Assembly: GCA_964016885.1 (NCBI GenBank)
Contig: OZ024742.1
Location: 317,564,001-317,628,000, forward strand
DNA: 64,000 nt
Direction of reading: 5' to 3'
Source of the DNA: Eledone cirrhosa
Lineage: Eukaryota
Shown here: in pieces, positions 1-12,829 of the stretch
How the letters are laid out: each line of letters opens with the position of its first letter
How positions within the stretch are numbered: the stretch's first letter is position 1
Made by a program: the position numbers and the translations under genes
Notes under the pieces: generated by a model
What the model saw: only the letters and a program-made list of their open reading frames with translations
The model's database searches: none
Told to the model about the DNA's origin: nothing

Positions 1-13
1 ATATATATATATA

Positions 14-46
<33 letters not shown>

Positions 47-78
47 CGTGTCATATTGACGGTCACGAGTAAAAGTAC

Positions 79-165
79 TCAATACCGACGTAGAGTTTAG
101 ATATTTATTATGGCTCTATGAAACTCTGGACAAAACAAGACCCATAATCTAGCCATAATAAAGGA
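79..165. repeat. ~85-bp segment repeated in inverted orientation at 5280-5364
   Basis: tcaataccgacgtagagtttagatatttattatggctctatgaaactctggacaaaacaagacccataatctagccataa vs its near-perfect reverse complement at 5280-5364. Confidence 0.9.
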
Positions 166-274
166 TATATATATATATATATAATATAGGAGGTGAGTGT
201 TATTGTAGCACAATAAAGCAATGCAAATATCGGATAAGTAGCACTCTACAGTTTGTAGGACTGGAGTATAAATA

Positions 275-1579
275 ATATAAGATCAAAAGATGGTTAAAAG
301 AGTTCCAAGTATTTTTTTATGCGCATTTCAAAAACAAATATCATCATGGGATGATATCTGCGTTTTCATCAGATAAAATAGGGATACATGATATGAAGGT
401 TAAAAAACACTTGTGAATAGTGAAGTTTTAAATCAACATATGAAAAATAATTTAAGAGTGATATTGGGAAAAAGTGAGGGGGTTGGGGTGGAAAGGGTAA
501 GGAAGAGGAGGAGATGAGAGTAAAGAATGGTGGGGGAGGAGTATAAGAAGGAAGGATGAGAGAGGAGGAGAGATGGGTGATAGAGAGAGAGAGAGATAGC
601 CTTTACAACTGAGAAAAATATATATTGTCTAACAGAGAGAAGTTAAAAAGCCGTTGGAAGATAATAGATAATTTAAAAGAATTTGAAATTAAAAGTTGAT
701 GAAGAGAAAAATGGGTTAAAAATAATATTAAATTAATGTTTGTATATTGAAGGGTTTAATAATATGTGCGCGGAAAAGAAATTGTTAATATGTATTATTA
801 AAATAAAAATATTAATGTTATTAAGGATATAATGTGAAAAGAAGTAGAAGAGTGGATGAGTTATGAATTTAGAGGAATTAGTAAGTGTTTAAGTTTGTTT
901 TTATATAATGTAATATGTGTGCGTAATATATGTAAATGGTTTGTTTAAAAATGAGCGCAGAAAGCAAAGAAGAAAAGAATGTTTAAGGAAGAAAAATATC
1001 TAACATCAAAATATATATGTTTACGAAATATTTTCTAATGGTAATAATATAATATATTAAAGGAAATTAGTTAGGGTTTAAGTTTGTTTTTATGTATTGT
1101 AATATGTAATATATAAAAGTCAAACGAGCATGAAAGGAAGAGATAAGGAACTTTAGGAAGAAAAATCTAAAGTCAAAAAATGTTTATGTTTTCGAAGGAC
1201 TATTAAAGGTAATACTATAATGTATTTAAAAGATAATAATAATGTTTATGGCCAATGATATGAAGAAAGATGGAAGAGTGGATATGTTGTGGTGAGTAAT
1301 AATAAGAATTGAGAAGTAGTTAGGAAGAAAAAGTACAGATTAGAGGTTAGAAATTAAAAAGAAAAAAGAAAAGAGGAAGAAAGGAAAGTGATAAAGAGGA
1401 ATGATATAGAATGAGTAACTTGTATTATATAATATATGATAAATAATATTGAAATAAGGTAGAAAGATGGGTATATTTAAAAAATATATATATAAGCCTT
1501 TGAGAAAAAGGATTTTAAACTAGTAAAGTATTAGATATTAGCTGTATACTTTATGGAATGTTCTGTGGAATATATGCAA
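275..1579 (-). repeat. Left arm of PLE inverted repeat (end of EN coding region + long 3' UTR)
   Basis: Reverse complement of 3290-4580 with scattered substitutions and small indels. Confidence 0.95.
310..380 (-). ncRNA. Type I hammerhead ribozyme in PLE repeat (left arm)
   Basis: Minus strand: tattttat-CTGATGA-aaacgcagatatcatc...gatgatatttgttttt-GAAA-tgcgca-TA-aaaaaata; one stem I mismatch relative to the right-arm copy. Confidence 0.8.
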
Positions 1580-3290
1580 GCAGAGAGAAAATAAATCAGT
1601 GCGTCTATTTATTATAATGGTAAATTTCTCAGATAGGCAAAGATTACATGTTCTGGATAGGGAGGCATTCAAGTAGGGAGAGGCAGAACAAACGTTCCTC
1701 CAAGAGATGTTATAGTTAATATTTTTGTCTTTCAAGGACCATATGAGTTCTGAGAGTGCCGTGTTAGTTCTTTTAAGTTGGTATTTAAAAGACGAATTGT
1801 GATTATAAAATCTCGTTTTGAAGGAGGTGGAAGTGGAACCGAAATAGGTAAAGGAATTGGTATCAGTTATAACCTTACATTCATAGACTAAGTTTTGTTC
1901 AAGACAATGGTTATTGAGAGGACATTCAGTTTTAACAGGGCAATTACAATTGCGATTAGAGAAATTAACAGAGTTATTAACAAGTGACCTAGTGTTATCT
2001 ATAGGAGGAATTAGATTGTAGAAGTTATTTACCATAGGAATAATAATTTCCTGATTTAAATTGGTATTATGAACATTCAACGAATTTACGTTTGTCGTCG
2101 TATTTGAGTTTGCAGAATCTAGCCTAGAGTTAACAATGACGTCGGGAGTACTACTGCTATTAGTATGACACTCAGTGTTGGAAGGATGTGATTTAATACT
2201 TAATATGTTATTGTTGTGTTTAGAGATAATGTTAGAGATGTTGGAGGAGGTGGAATAGGAAAATGTTATTGTACGTTTGTTAAATATTTTACTATAGATA
2301 TGTGAGGGAGGGAAGCATTTATCTAAGGCCCTAAAGAATAGTTTAGGAATATTATTATTAATAGAAATAGAGAAAGGAGCATTATACCAGATTATATTTT
2401 TGTATCTAGGTCTTTTATTTAAGTTATTGGAATGATCATAATTAATTATTTTACTGTAAGACCTTCTAGGATTGGTTTCTTTACTATATTTAATTTTATC
2501 AGGGTAACCGGCTTTAGAAAGCGCATTATTATAGTAATTGACGTTACCATCAAAGATATTTTTATTAGAGGATAGGTTTGATATTCTTTTTCCAATATTA
2601 CTACCTATAGCATTTTTTAATGTTAGCGGGGTGGTTAGATTTAAAATTAACATAATTTAGATTCTCATTGTTTTTTATGGTAAGGGTAATATAGGCCAGT
2701 GTCAAGATTAAGGGATATATCCAAGAAGTTAGCAAGTTTCACGTTGTTATCAACTTCGATTTTAAGGTTATGTTGCTTAAAGAGATCACGTATATTGTTC
2801 TTAATAATATTAAGGTTAACCAAATTGCAATTTAAGATAGTAAAAAGTCCATCGTCACGATAAATTCCACCGCGAAGTTGAAGAATTTTCCGATTTAAAG
2901 AATTCAAAATAAAAATATCAATCAAATCAGTCAATTGCGATGAATCGGAAGCACCCATTGTGATATCAAAGTTGTTGGAGGTATCAGCTCTAGTCCAGTA
3001 TTATTGTTGAATTCTAAGATGGTTTTTCTTGCGGTGAGAATGATGTGAAGTTCATCTGTGGTGATGTCAGAATATTTAAAAGCGAAATATAGGGCATTGT
3101 TGAAAAGTGAAGGCGAAATAGAAGAATAGTAGCTAGCAATATCAAATTGAATAAAAAATGTTTGGTTTTTCTTATTCAGGTTGTTGAACCAGCCAATTAC
3201 TTCAGATGTACCAAACCATAAATTTAAGTTAGAAATAAAGCAATTAGAACGAACCTGTGGGATATTTCTATCCAAGATGGCTTTACTAAT
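1538..3290 (-). pseudogene. Frameshifted PLE RT / GIY-YIG endonuclease coding region (RT N-terminus missing)
   Basis: ORFs 2931-3311, 2665-2958 and 1538-2653 give successive PLE motifs in different frames. The 5' end is replaced by the inverted repeat at ~3290. Confidence 0.9.
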
Positions 3291-4580
3291 TGCATAAATT
3301 CCACAGAACATTCCATAAAGTATACAGCTAATATCTAATACTTTACTAGTTTAAAATCCTTTTTCTATATATTTGTTTTTTAAATATACCCATCTTTCTA
3401 CCTTATTTCAATATTATTTATTATATATTATATAATACAAGTTACTCATTCTATATCATTCTTCTTTATCACTTTCCTTTCTTCCGCTTTTCTTTTTTCA
3501 TTTTAATTTCTAACCTCTAATCTGTACTTTATCTTCCTAACTACTTCTCAATTCTTATTATTACTCACCACAATATATCCACTCTTCCATCTTTCTTCAT
3601 ATCATTGGCCATAAAAATTATTATTATAAATACATTATAGTATTACCTTTAATAGTCCTTCGTAAACATAAACATTTTTTGACGTTAGATTTTTCTTCCT
3701 TAAGTTCCTTATCTCTTCTTTCATTCTCGTTTGACTTTTATATATTACATATTACAATACATAAAAACAAACTTAAACCCTAACTAATTTCCTTTAATAT
3801 ATTATATTATTACCATTAGAAAATATTTCGTAAACATATATATTTTGATGTTAGATATTTTTCTTCCTTAAACATTCTTTTCTTCTTTGCTTTCTACGCT
3901 CATTTTTAAACAAACTATTTACATATATTACGCACACATATTACATTACATAAAAACAAACTTAAACACTAACTAATTCCTCTAAATTCATAACTCATCG
4001 ACTCTTCTACTTCTTTTCACATTATATCCTTAATAACATTAATATTTTTATTTTAATAATACATATTAACAATTTCTGTTCCTCGCACATATTATTAAAC
4101 CCTTCAATATACAAACATTAATTTAATATTATTTTTAACCCCTTTTTCTCTTCATCAACTTTTAATTTCAAATTCTTTTAAATTATCTATTATCTTCTAA
4201 CGGCTTTTTAACTTCTCTCTGTGAGAAAATATATATTTTTCTCAGTTGTAAAGGCTATCTGTCTCTCTCTATCACCCATCTCTCTTCCTCTCTCATCCTT
4301 CCTTCTTATACTCCTCCCCCACCATTCTTTACTCTCATCTCCTCCTCTTTCTTTACCCTTTCCACCCCCCACCTCCCTCACTTTTTCCCAATATCACTCT
4401 TAAATTATTTTTCATATGTTGATTTAAAACTTCACTATTCACAAGTGTTTTTTAACCTTCATATCATGTATCCCTATTTTATCTGATGAAAACGCAGATA
4501 TCATCTCATGATGATATTTGTTTTTGAAATGCGCATAATAAAATACTTGGAACTCTTTTAACCATCTTTTGATCTTATAT
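3290..4580 (+). repeat. Right arm of PLE inverted repeat
   Basis: Starts ttgcataaattccacagaacattccataaag (revcomp of 1550-1579 apart from one mismatch) and ends ccatcttttgatcttatat (revcomp of 275-293). Confidence 0.95.
4475..4545 (+). ncRNA. Type I hammerhead ribozyme in PLE repeat (right arm)
   Basis: tattttat-CTGATGA-[stem II aaacgcagatatcatc tcat gatgatatttgttttt]-GAAA-tgcgca-TA-ataaaata: intact core, 8-bp stem I, palindromic stem III (ATGCGCAT), AUA cleavage triplet. Confidence 0.88.
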
Positions 4581-4588
4581 ATATATAT

Positions 4589-4956
4589 AATTAGTATATC
4601 TACCAACATATTTATACAGAAGTATACTTACGCTAGCAAGATATAGGTTTTGTCTTAGTAACTTTGTGGTTCAATACAAAAATTTAGAACAATTATATGA
4701 AAGACGTAAAATAAGAAAATTATAATAATTAACTTACTTACTTAAGTTTCACTCCCTCGGCTAAGATCCCTGGCGATAGGCGGACACAGGGAGCTCAAAC
4801 AAAAATAATTCAGTGAATGGAAAAAAAGCAATCGCGGACTAAATTTCAAGACACTGAAAATTTGACTGCCTTCCCGGTCACAAAGTTACTAAGAGAATAC
4901 CTATATCTTGCTAGCGTAAGTATACTTCTGTATAAATATGTTGGTAGATATACTAA

Positions 4957-4958
<2 letters not shown>
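4589..4958. mobile_element. Fold-back element with ~80-bp inverted termini in (TA)n/(TC)n
   Basis: aattagtatatctaccaacatatttatacagaagtatacttacgctagcaagatatagg... (4589-4668) is mirrored at 4879-4958. Confidence 0.75.
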
Positions 4959-5030
<72 letters not shown>

Positions 5031-5033
<3 letters not shown>

Positions 5034-5185
5034 AACAAGTAAGACCCCGACGGCTGAGCTCAAGCCGTTTCGACGGATAATTCTGGACTCACTCAGAATT
5101 GTTCCTATTACCCACTCTACTACCCTAAGTATTGAGTACTTTGGTGTTTTATGGTCCACCTGGTTCCTTACCACATTTCCTTCGT

Positions 5186-5187
<2 letters not shown>
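5031..5187. repeat. Short (TA)n-embedded repeat with internal inversion; same family as 57733-58082
   Basis: Shares gaccccgacggctgagctcaagccgtttcgacgg and cctattacccactctactacc...ccacatttccttcgtta with the 57.7-58.1 kb copies. Confidence 0.85.
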
Positions 5188-5280
<93 letters not shown>

Positions 5281-5402
5281 TTTTTTATGGCTAGATTATG
5301 GGTCTTGTTTTGTCTAGAGTTTCATAGAGCCATAATAAATATCTGAACTCTACGTCGGTATTGATATATATATATATATATATTGAGTATATGTTTTGGA
5401 GC

Positions 5403-5451
<49 letters not shown>

Positions 5452-5668
5452 AATAAATGCATCGTTACTGTTTGGATTCAGAAATGAAAGAAATGAAAGA
5501 AATAAGTACTCAATAAGCTTGTGTAGAATATATATAGTCTATATAACATATCCAGTATTCATTTCTCTCGGGATGAGATCATTATGCCTTAGGGAGGAGC
5601 CTCGTGTGTGTGTGTGTGTGTGTGCATGTGGTTATGTGCAGTTAGACGCTGTTTTCTGTAGTTTGTTA

Positions 5669-5829
5669 CCACCCCTTCCACCTCAATCATCTCTAGTACG
5701 TGACTTCATCACTCCTTCCGTCCCCAATCATCTCTAGTGAGTGACGTCATCACCTCTTCCTTCCCCAATCATCTCTAGTGAGTGACGTCTTCACCCCTTC
5801 CTTCCTCAGTCATGTCTAGTGTGTGACGT
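5669..5829. repeat. 41-bp minisatellite, ~4 copies
   Basis: Unit tcatctctagtgagtgacgtcatcacctcttccttccccaa starting at 5687, 5728, 5769, 5810. Confidence 0.85.
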
Positions 5830-6084
5830 AAGGACGGGCGGAAGTTGCTCAAATTTATATAGAGATTTAAAAATGTAATCTAATGAAGGTGCATCCCAGT
5901 GATATAGCAATAACAATGTAAAATTTGAAATTGGCCATTGTGGACTAGGGATAAAGACATAATGATTGCAATGTTAAACGAAATATTTCATGGAAAAGTC
6001 AGTGTAGTTCTAATGGAAAGTAGACATTCTCTAAGATCTATTTATATGAAGAAATCAGAACGCAAGCACACAGGAAGGAAGGCA

Positions 6085-6400
6085 CTCCGTCGGTTACGAC
6101 AACGTCTGTTCCAGTTGATCCGATCAACGCAACAGCCTGCTCGTGAAATTATCGTGTAAGTGGTTGAGCATTCCACAAACACGCGTACCCTTAACGTGGT
6201 TCTCAGGGAGACCCGGCATGACGTAGAATGTAACAAGACTGGCTCTTCGAATGACATGTACAACTCATTTTTGCTAGTTGAGTGGACAGGAGCAACATGA
6301 AATAAAGTGTCTTGCTCAAGGACACAGCGCACCGCCAGGAATTGACCTCACGATCTGACGATTGTGAGCCGAATTCCCTAAACACAAAGCCACGCGCCTT
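6085..6400 (-). mobile_element. tRNA-derived SINE, family A (CORE-like middle)
   Basis: Minus strand: aggcgcgtggct... A-box/B-box head, then gctgtgtccttgagcaagacactttatttca; related copies throughout the window. Confidence 0.8.
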
Positions 6401-8479
6401 CACAACAAACACACACAACATGGACAACAAACATACAGAAAATAGACAGTTAAAGAGCTTAGTCAGTTTTTTATGAAATCCCATCACAGAAATGTAACTA
6501 GTCTGACCGATCCTATGTTTTCTATAAGATATTGAACAGTGTATTTACTTGTTTGTTGCATGAAGTGTTGGCTAAATTCTAATAATATAGTATAATCGAT
6601 TAAATCGACTCTGGTACTTGACTGATACTTATTTTATTGACCTAACTGCATTAATTGACTGCTAAGCTATGGGTGTCTGGAACCATTCCAGATGCCCGAC
6701 ATCTAACCTTCGTCTGTGTCGAACTTATAATTTTAACACCATCGAAGTGGCCTGCTGTGGAATATATCTCGACCAATCGCTTGAAATAAAAAGCATTTTT
6801 AACTTAAAAGTTCTTTTCAGTAGTAGTTGATGGGATTGGCTCGCCTTTCATCTCTTTCCCGTCGATAAAATAAATATCAGGAATTCATTTTGGTATATTT
6901 AGGTGTCTCTTTTCTTTCCAATGTTTACTTAACTAAAGAAATTTAACTACATATCAAATTTAATTAATTGGGATTTAGTTTTGCTTGTCGAAATAGCATT
7001 ATTTACAGCTCTAAGATCCCCTTTATAACATCCTTATTCTCCTTCTATAACTATTTAGCTCAAGATTAAGGAAATGCCAAGTGGTTTATTCCTTCTAATC
7101 AAAATATTCTTTCTCTAAGCTATTTTCTATTCCTTCAAGCAAAATGTAATCCAATGCTCAGCAAATTTGACATTCGATCATTTAATGATTTCTTCTTCGT
7201 TAATCGCAGATGTTGAGTAGAGGATACAGAAACGAAGGAAAGGAAGAGAGCACCTTAATGAGAAATTTCAAATATCACAATCAGAAATGTTACCGCCTGC
7301 ACTATCAACATCACTAATAACACAGCTGCCATCGGCAACATTATATCCATCGGCAAGTAATCAATTCCTACGAGCAAATCGAATAGTTAATTAGGCAGTT
7401 TGGAAATATTTGAATAAAATGCATCCTTGAAGCCAAAATTATCATCTACTTGGAGCAAAAAAATACTGAAACCACTCCAGGCACTAAAAGATCCTTGTCA
7501 ATAATGCTTGATCAATTTATACACCGTTAAAAAAAACGCTATTATCTTAAGACAGACACACTCAACTGCCATTTTTATTTTTATTCTTCAGATAAATACA
7601 GATAACGATTATATGAGCAGTATTAACTTTAATACTAACATATTAACTGTAATGCTAATATTTTTTCCAGCATTACCACACATTTTGGGGAGAAGAATGT
7701 CGATTAAATTGACTCCAGTATTTTACTAGCACTTTATTTTATGTACCCCTATAAGGAGACATTATGTAGATGCAGCACAGACTTCGGATACCACAACAAT
7801 TGTGGTACCCCAGCATGGCCTCAGCCAGTCGGCTGGAACAGGTAAAAGAGTAAACGAGAATTTGTCTTACGACTAAGACAAACAAATCATGGCACTATGA
7901 ATTGATAGTAACGGAGTAATATAGCAAAAACAATCGTATTTTTAACGTTATTCTCGGGCATAATATAAGTCATTGCAAAAGAATATATAAATTACCAGAG
8001 TTGAAGTCATTGAGACATTTTTTAAATGTTTTACATATGAGTCTGTGAGAACAATGATATTTAGATATATAAAGTGGCTGTAATTAATATTCTTTCATAG
8101 ATATATTATAGTTTCATATAATATTATAATTACATTCATGTTCAAGTGGCTACAAAGGCAGAAATAGCAGTAATCTTCCTCAATCTATATCTTACTGTTT
8201 TGTATATATATATATGTTCTGTGTGTGGGGTGGGGGGCATCTGTAAGGTAAATTGAATACCATAAATACAGTATAGTGTCCTCTGATTTGTTTCCTTATA
8301 ATTAATTTAATAATGAATATTTTTAATGACAATTTACTGAGATATGTTTTCGAAGGGTATATTTTGATAGTTGTAGAAATTCATTACAAATTTATAACAT
8401 TAGCCAGTGACATTTTCAACATAGACTGCAACACAAGAAGAAAAGGTGTTCGAGTAAATGAAAGTATTCTTCTTCTATA

Positions 8480-8745
8480 CACAAGACCATAGGTCAGAGT
8501 TGGCACGAATACCGAATTGACGATAGCGAGTTTGGCTTTTACGCCTACCTCCCTTCTTCTGATAACTGAATGCTGAAGCTGGCGCATTAATGCACCAGCT
8601 TCTGCAATTTCTGCACCAGCTTCTGCAATTCTTGCACTTAATTCAGCCTCTTGCCTTCCATCACTCGAGAATATAGCTCCGAGATAATTGAACTGTCCTA
8701 CTTGCTTCAGTGGAACTCCATTTTACATGTAGGCTTCCTTGAGAA
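8480..8745 (-). mobile_element. RTE-clade LINE fragment (RT C-terminal part)
   Basis: Translates ...KAKLAIVNSVFVPTLTYG; same family as 26717-27420. Confidence 0.7.
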
Positions 8746-8892
8746 GAAAGTATCAACAATGAAAGTATCAACAATGAAATTATCAACAATAATAATCATA
8801 CATTACAGAAAACCTATCTCTGAAACTGGGATCTGGAATGAACCTCCATTCGTTCCGACGTTGAGTGTTCCAGATGTTCCATCAAAGGAACT

Positions 8893-9185
8893 GCCCGCTC
8901 ATGAAATTAACTTGTAAGGGACTGAAGATTCCAGAGACACACGTACCCTTAATATCATTCTCAAAGACCCAATGTGACACAGTGTGTGATGGCTGAACCT
9001 TTGATCAGTGCATCCTTTGGAATATACAGTTCATCTGACAGGCTTTCAAACAGCCTATTTCTACAATATACCCACTTTCGCTCACAAGGCATAACTCGAC
9101 ACGGGGCTATGATAAATGGTACTTTTCCAAGATGTTATGTTGTAGATTTAAACCCCAACCCGAATGGATGCATTAGACCACGCTG
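8893..9185 (-). mobile_element. Degenerate SINE remnant(s)
   Basis: cattcca-gagacacacgtacccttaa segment shared with 6170-6230, 26610-26690 and 39710-39790. Confidence 0.5.
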
Positions 9186-10504
9186 CGTCTATAATGAAAC
9201 ATTTCGTTATAAAATATACAATATTAAAAGAAAGTCATAAGGGAACAAAGTCGAGTGATTACAGTAAAATGTAACTCTGCCAATTTAATGAAGATGTAAC
9301 AATAATTTTGAATTAAAAACATACGTATCCAAAAATAGCTATACCTATGATTATCTGTACAGAAGTACAATTCCATAGCATTGCAGTATTTCTATAGCAT
9401 ACGTCAAACAGGTTGTAGAATAATCTTTGAAATGCATAAAGGTAATAACTTCAGTCCTTCTGTGTGCAGTGCAAATATTGGAAATAATGGAAAGTGTTTT
9501 CACTTCACTCTTTTCACAATGAGGCTTCTAATTCAATATCTACATTAGATTTACTTAAAATCCTCTGACATAAGCTCTGTTCTAGCATTAAAATTGATAA
9601 TGCACTAAGCTGCTACTGGGAAATGTATGAAGAGAAGAGAAAGCAGAAAGGTTTTCAAACTACATTAAATACATTTTTGTCCAGAAAACAAAACATTAGC
9701 TTAAATTTTATTTATAAAATATACAGATTTACACGTATTAATATCTCAGTTTCCATTATTTCATATATATAAACTAAAACTATCGATATAAAAAAAAACA
9801 TTTTGAATACTAGTTAGATGTATTACACAATTTTATATATTTTATACTTGATTACAATATGGCATTTAACTCGGCATTTTAGAGTGATGGATTAACCCTT
9901 TTAAGCAAGAGAATGCTATTTGTAAGTATATATGTATATATGTATATATGGATGGATGCTTGCATGCATGCATGCATGCATTTATGTATGTATGTAAGAA
10001 TGTATGTACGTAAAGAGCCGTAGCTCAATGCCACGAAGAATGGTGTCCGACGTCCTACCGATTTTGCCAATCCACCACCCATACCACATAAATAATAATC
10101 ATATATTTTATATGATTTCTACATTAAATTGAACACTTCTAATTTCTATATTTTATCAGTAAACCTACAAACTTTGTATTTAATCCGGCACTCTATAACG
10201 TCTATAATTTATCTAGCCTTTCATGATTTCTACATTTGATACGGTAGTCTACTCTATGGTTTATACATGTAATTCTGCACTGTACCACTTCTACAATGGA
10301 TCCGGCATCCTATAATTCCTACAAATCACCTTCACCTTTTTTTTATTTTTTGCACCATTCAGTTCAAAACTATTTTCTTCCATTTTTCAGTAGTAGATCT
10401 TTTTATCCTTCTCCAATACACAAGATGTCTCTCTTTATTACTGGTTTTCTTTTCGGGTATTTGTCCTCTAGTTCCCACATGATTATACACTCGTGCAGGC
10501 ACAT

Positions 10505-10648
<144 letters not shown>

Positions 10649-10854
10649 TCACATACATACGCACTGAAACACGAACGGAAACGGAGGGTTAAATAAACCC
10701 ATAGAATATCTGACATCCACGTCCTTAAAAGAAGCCTTACAGAGTCATTGAAATGTTAGCATACCATCCCACCTAGCTCCAAGTCCAACATCGGTATTGT
10801 TCTGTCGTGAATATTTTCTCTTAGAGGCTCTGCTTGGGCATGGCCTTTAAAGGG

Positions 10855-11085
10855 TTGTTGTTGTTGTTGTTGTTACAGCTCACACCTATGCAAGTTTAGC
10901 TGGCCTCCTCCAAGGTATATCTCCTTGGAGGTGTCTTGTGTCATTTAATGATAAGGACCCCAGTCCTATCATCTCATTTCTACAGCTGAGTAAACTGGAG
11001 CAAAACACATGGCCCGGTCGGAGAATTGAACTCACAATCTTTCGATTGCAAGCCCAATACTCTAACCACTAAGCCATGCGCCTTA
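10855..11085 (-). mobile_element. tRNA-derived SINE (family A head, distinct 3' part) with (CAA)n tail
   Basis: Head aggcgcatggcttagtggttagagtattgggcttgcaatcgaaagattgtgagttcaattc; 3' part matches 56040-56137. Confidence 0.8.
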
Positions 11086-11428
11086 AGGGGTTAGTTGAAC
11101 ATATCGATAACAAGTTCATCGTATCACTGTGCGTAGTTTAGTAATCTTTATTCATTAGGCAGTTGAGTTACTGAATATAAATTGACGCAGTATGAACAGC
11201 AGTGGTGTAAGTATAAGCAAATACACACAGACACATACAACCATATGTATACACACACGTACATGCACAATCTTTTGCATACTCACTGTCAACTAAATTC
11301 CAGTCCCATAGTAATAAGCATCACGAATCTATTAGTGGAACCAAAACAATGAGATTGTGAAGCAGACTTCTTGACACGGAGTCACGGATTCAATATACAC
11401 ACACATATGAGAGTGTGCCTGTATATAT

Positions 11429-12038
11429 ATGGTGGCTGCCAACTCGTTTTCGAGTACGGCCACTACTTTATATCCATGTAGGAGAACCCCTACCGATGCG
11501 CTGAACGAATGTGACTTTTTAGTCCAGCCAGCGACTTGAAAACTCTGGTACAAAGACTACACTTGTGACCATTATTGACACATAGTGCAGGGCCCATGGT
11601 ACCATGTGATGACAAGTGCAGAGAGATCTCCAGATATAAAGCAATGCCTGTGCTGTGAAGCTTTTATAGTGAGCAAAGGCACTGCACAAAGCCAGTCCCA
11701 CTCTCTTAACCAAGATGATATTTACCAAAAAGAAGAACAAGTCAACATCATTGGATACCATCAGGGTTGCAGGTGTTATATCAGAGTTTTCCTTCTCCTA
11801 GAATTCTGCCTTGACAAAGGCTAAGGGGTCATCTCTCCCGGTGATTTTGGATGGCTATTGAGTCTTAAGAGCTCCCTTGCCCTTTGACAGGTTTTGTTTT
11901 TAGTCCTGCAGGATGTCCAAAGTCACCCTCCTCACCAAGAAACCTTGGTAGGGTTGCCAGTTTAGTCGCCAACGACCCGACCATGAGACAGGTTGTACTG
12001 GGATACATGTTACCAGTAGCACCAACTGGTGACCTGAC
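11429..12038 (-). mobile_element. ~610-bp RTE-derived non-autonomous retroelement, copy 1 (long)
   Basis: Four near-identical copies. The minus strand has ggcgactaaa and ctaggagaaggaaaactctga motifs of RTE-type 5' leaders. All copies end at ...ggcagccaccat next to a microsatellite. Confidence 0.75.
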
Positions 12039-12069
<31 letters not shown>

Positions 12070-12090
12070 CACACACACACACACACACAC

Positions 12091-12139
<49 letters not shown>

Positions 12140-12143
<4 letters not shown>

Positions 12144-12829
12144 AGTATGTACACGTACATACATATATGTATACAGACGTACAGTAGTATGTATATATAT
12201 ATATACATACATGCACACATATATATATGTACGTATTGGTTCACCGAACATTTATTATAATGCTTGGTGTGTTTGTAAACAAACATCCCGTATTAAGCCG
12301 TAGTATCTAGCAACCATCGTTGCTCGTTTGTTCAACACTGACAAAGGAACGCTGTACTAGTTTCAAGCTTATTAGCTATCGTCAGCAACGTATACCTTCC
12401 TACCAGATTGTTGAACGTATATACTTACCTTATGCATATTAACGGCTGAGTAGCCCAATTTGCATATCGTGTGGGTTAATCGGCCGGGTGCACCGAAAAC
12501 GATAAACGGAAAAAATGAAACGAAATTTCATTTCCCACTCTTAATACGGCTGTTACTTAATTACAAGTATGTACACGTACATACATATATGTATACAGAC
12601 GTACAGTAAGATGTATATATACATAAATGCACACATATATATATATGCGCGTATGGGTTTACCGAACATTTATTATAATGCTCGGTGTGTTTGTAAACAA
12701 ACATCCCGTATTAAGCCGTACTGTGTCTAGAAACCATCGTTGCTCGTTTGTTCAACACTGACAAAGGAACGCTGTACTAGTTTCAAGCTTATTAGCTATC
12801 GTCAGCAACGTATACCTTCCTGCCAGATT
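12140..12829. repeat. Direct duplication of ~265 bp (12140-12408 and 12562-12829)
   Basis: tacaagtatgtacacgtacatac...caacgtataccttcct(a/g)ccagatt occurs twice, ~420 bp apart. Confidence 0.9.

Larger units (their letters stand above)
275..4580 (-). mobile_element. Penelope-like retroelement (PLE), 5'-truncated, with ~1.3-kb inverted terminal repeats (inverted pLTR); probably Hydra-clade type
   Basis: Minus-strand RT fragments (FIQFDIASYYSSI; MGASDSSQLTDL; GGIYRDDGL; ANFLDISLNL), a CNCPVKTEC (CxCx5C) linker and a GIY-YIG-type nuclease (LVYEC...YFGST...FKTRFYNH...CNLCLSEK). 275-1579 is the reverse complement of 3290-4580. (TA)n lies at or near both ends. Confidence 0.92.

Noticed and set aside
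11950-12038. HDV-like ribozyme at the 5' end of the RTE-derived element (gtcgttggcgactaaactgg)
   Set aside because: P4, J4/2 and P2-like pieces are present, but I could not form P1 and P3; needs an RNAMotif or Infernal test.
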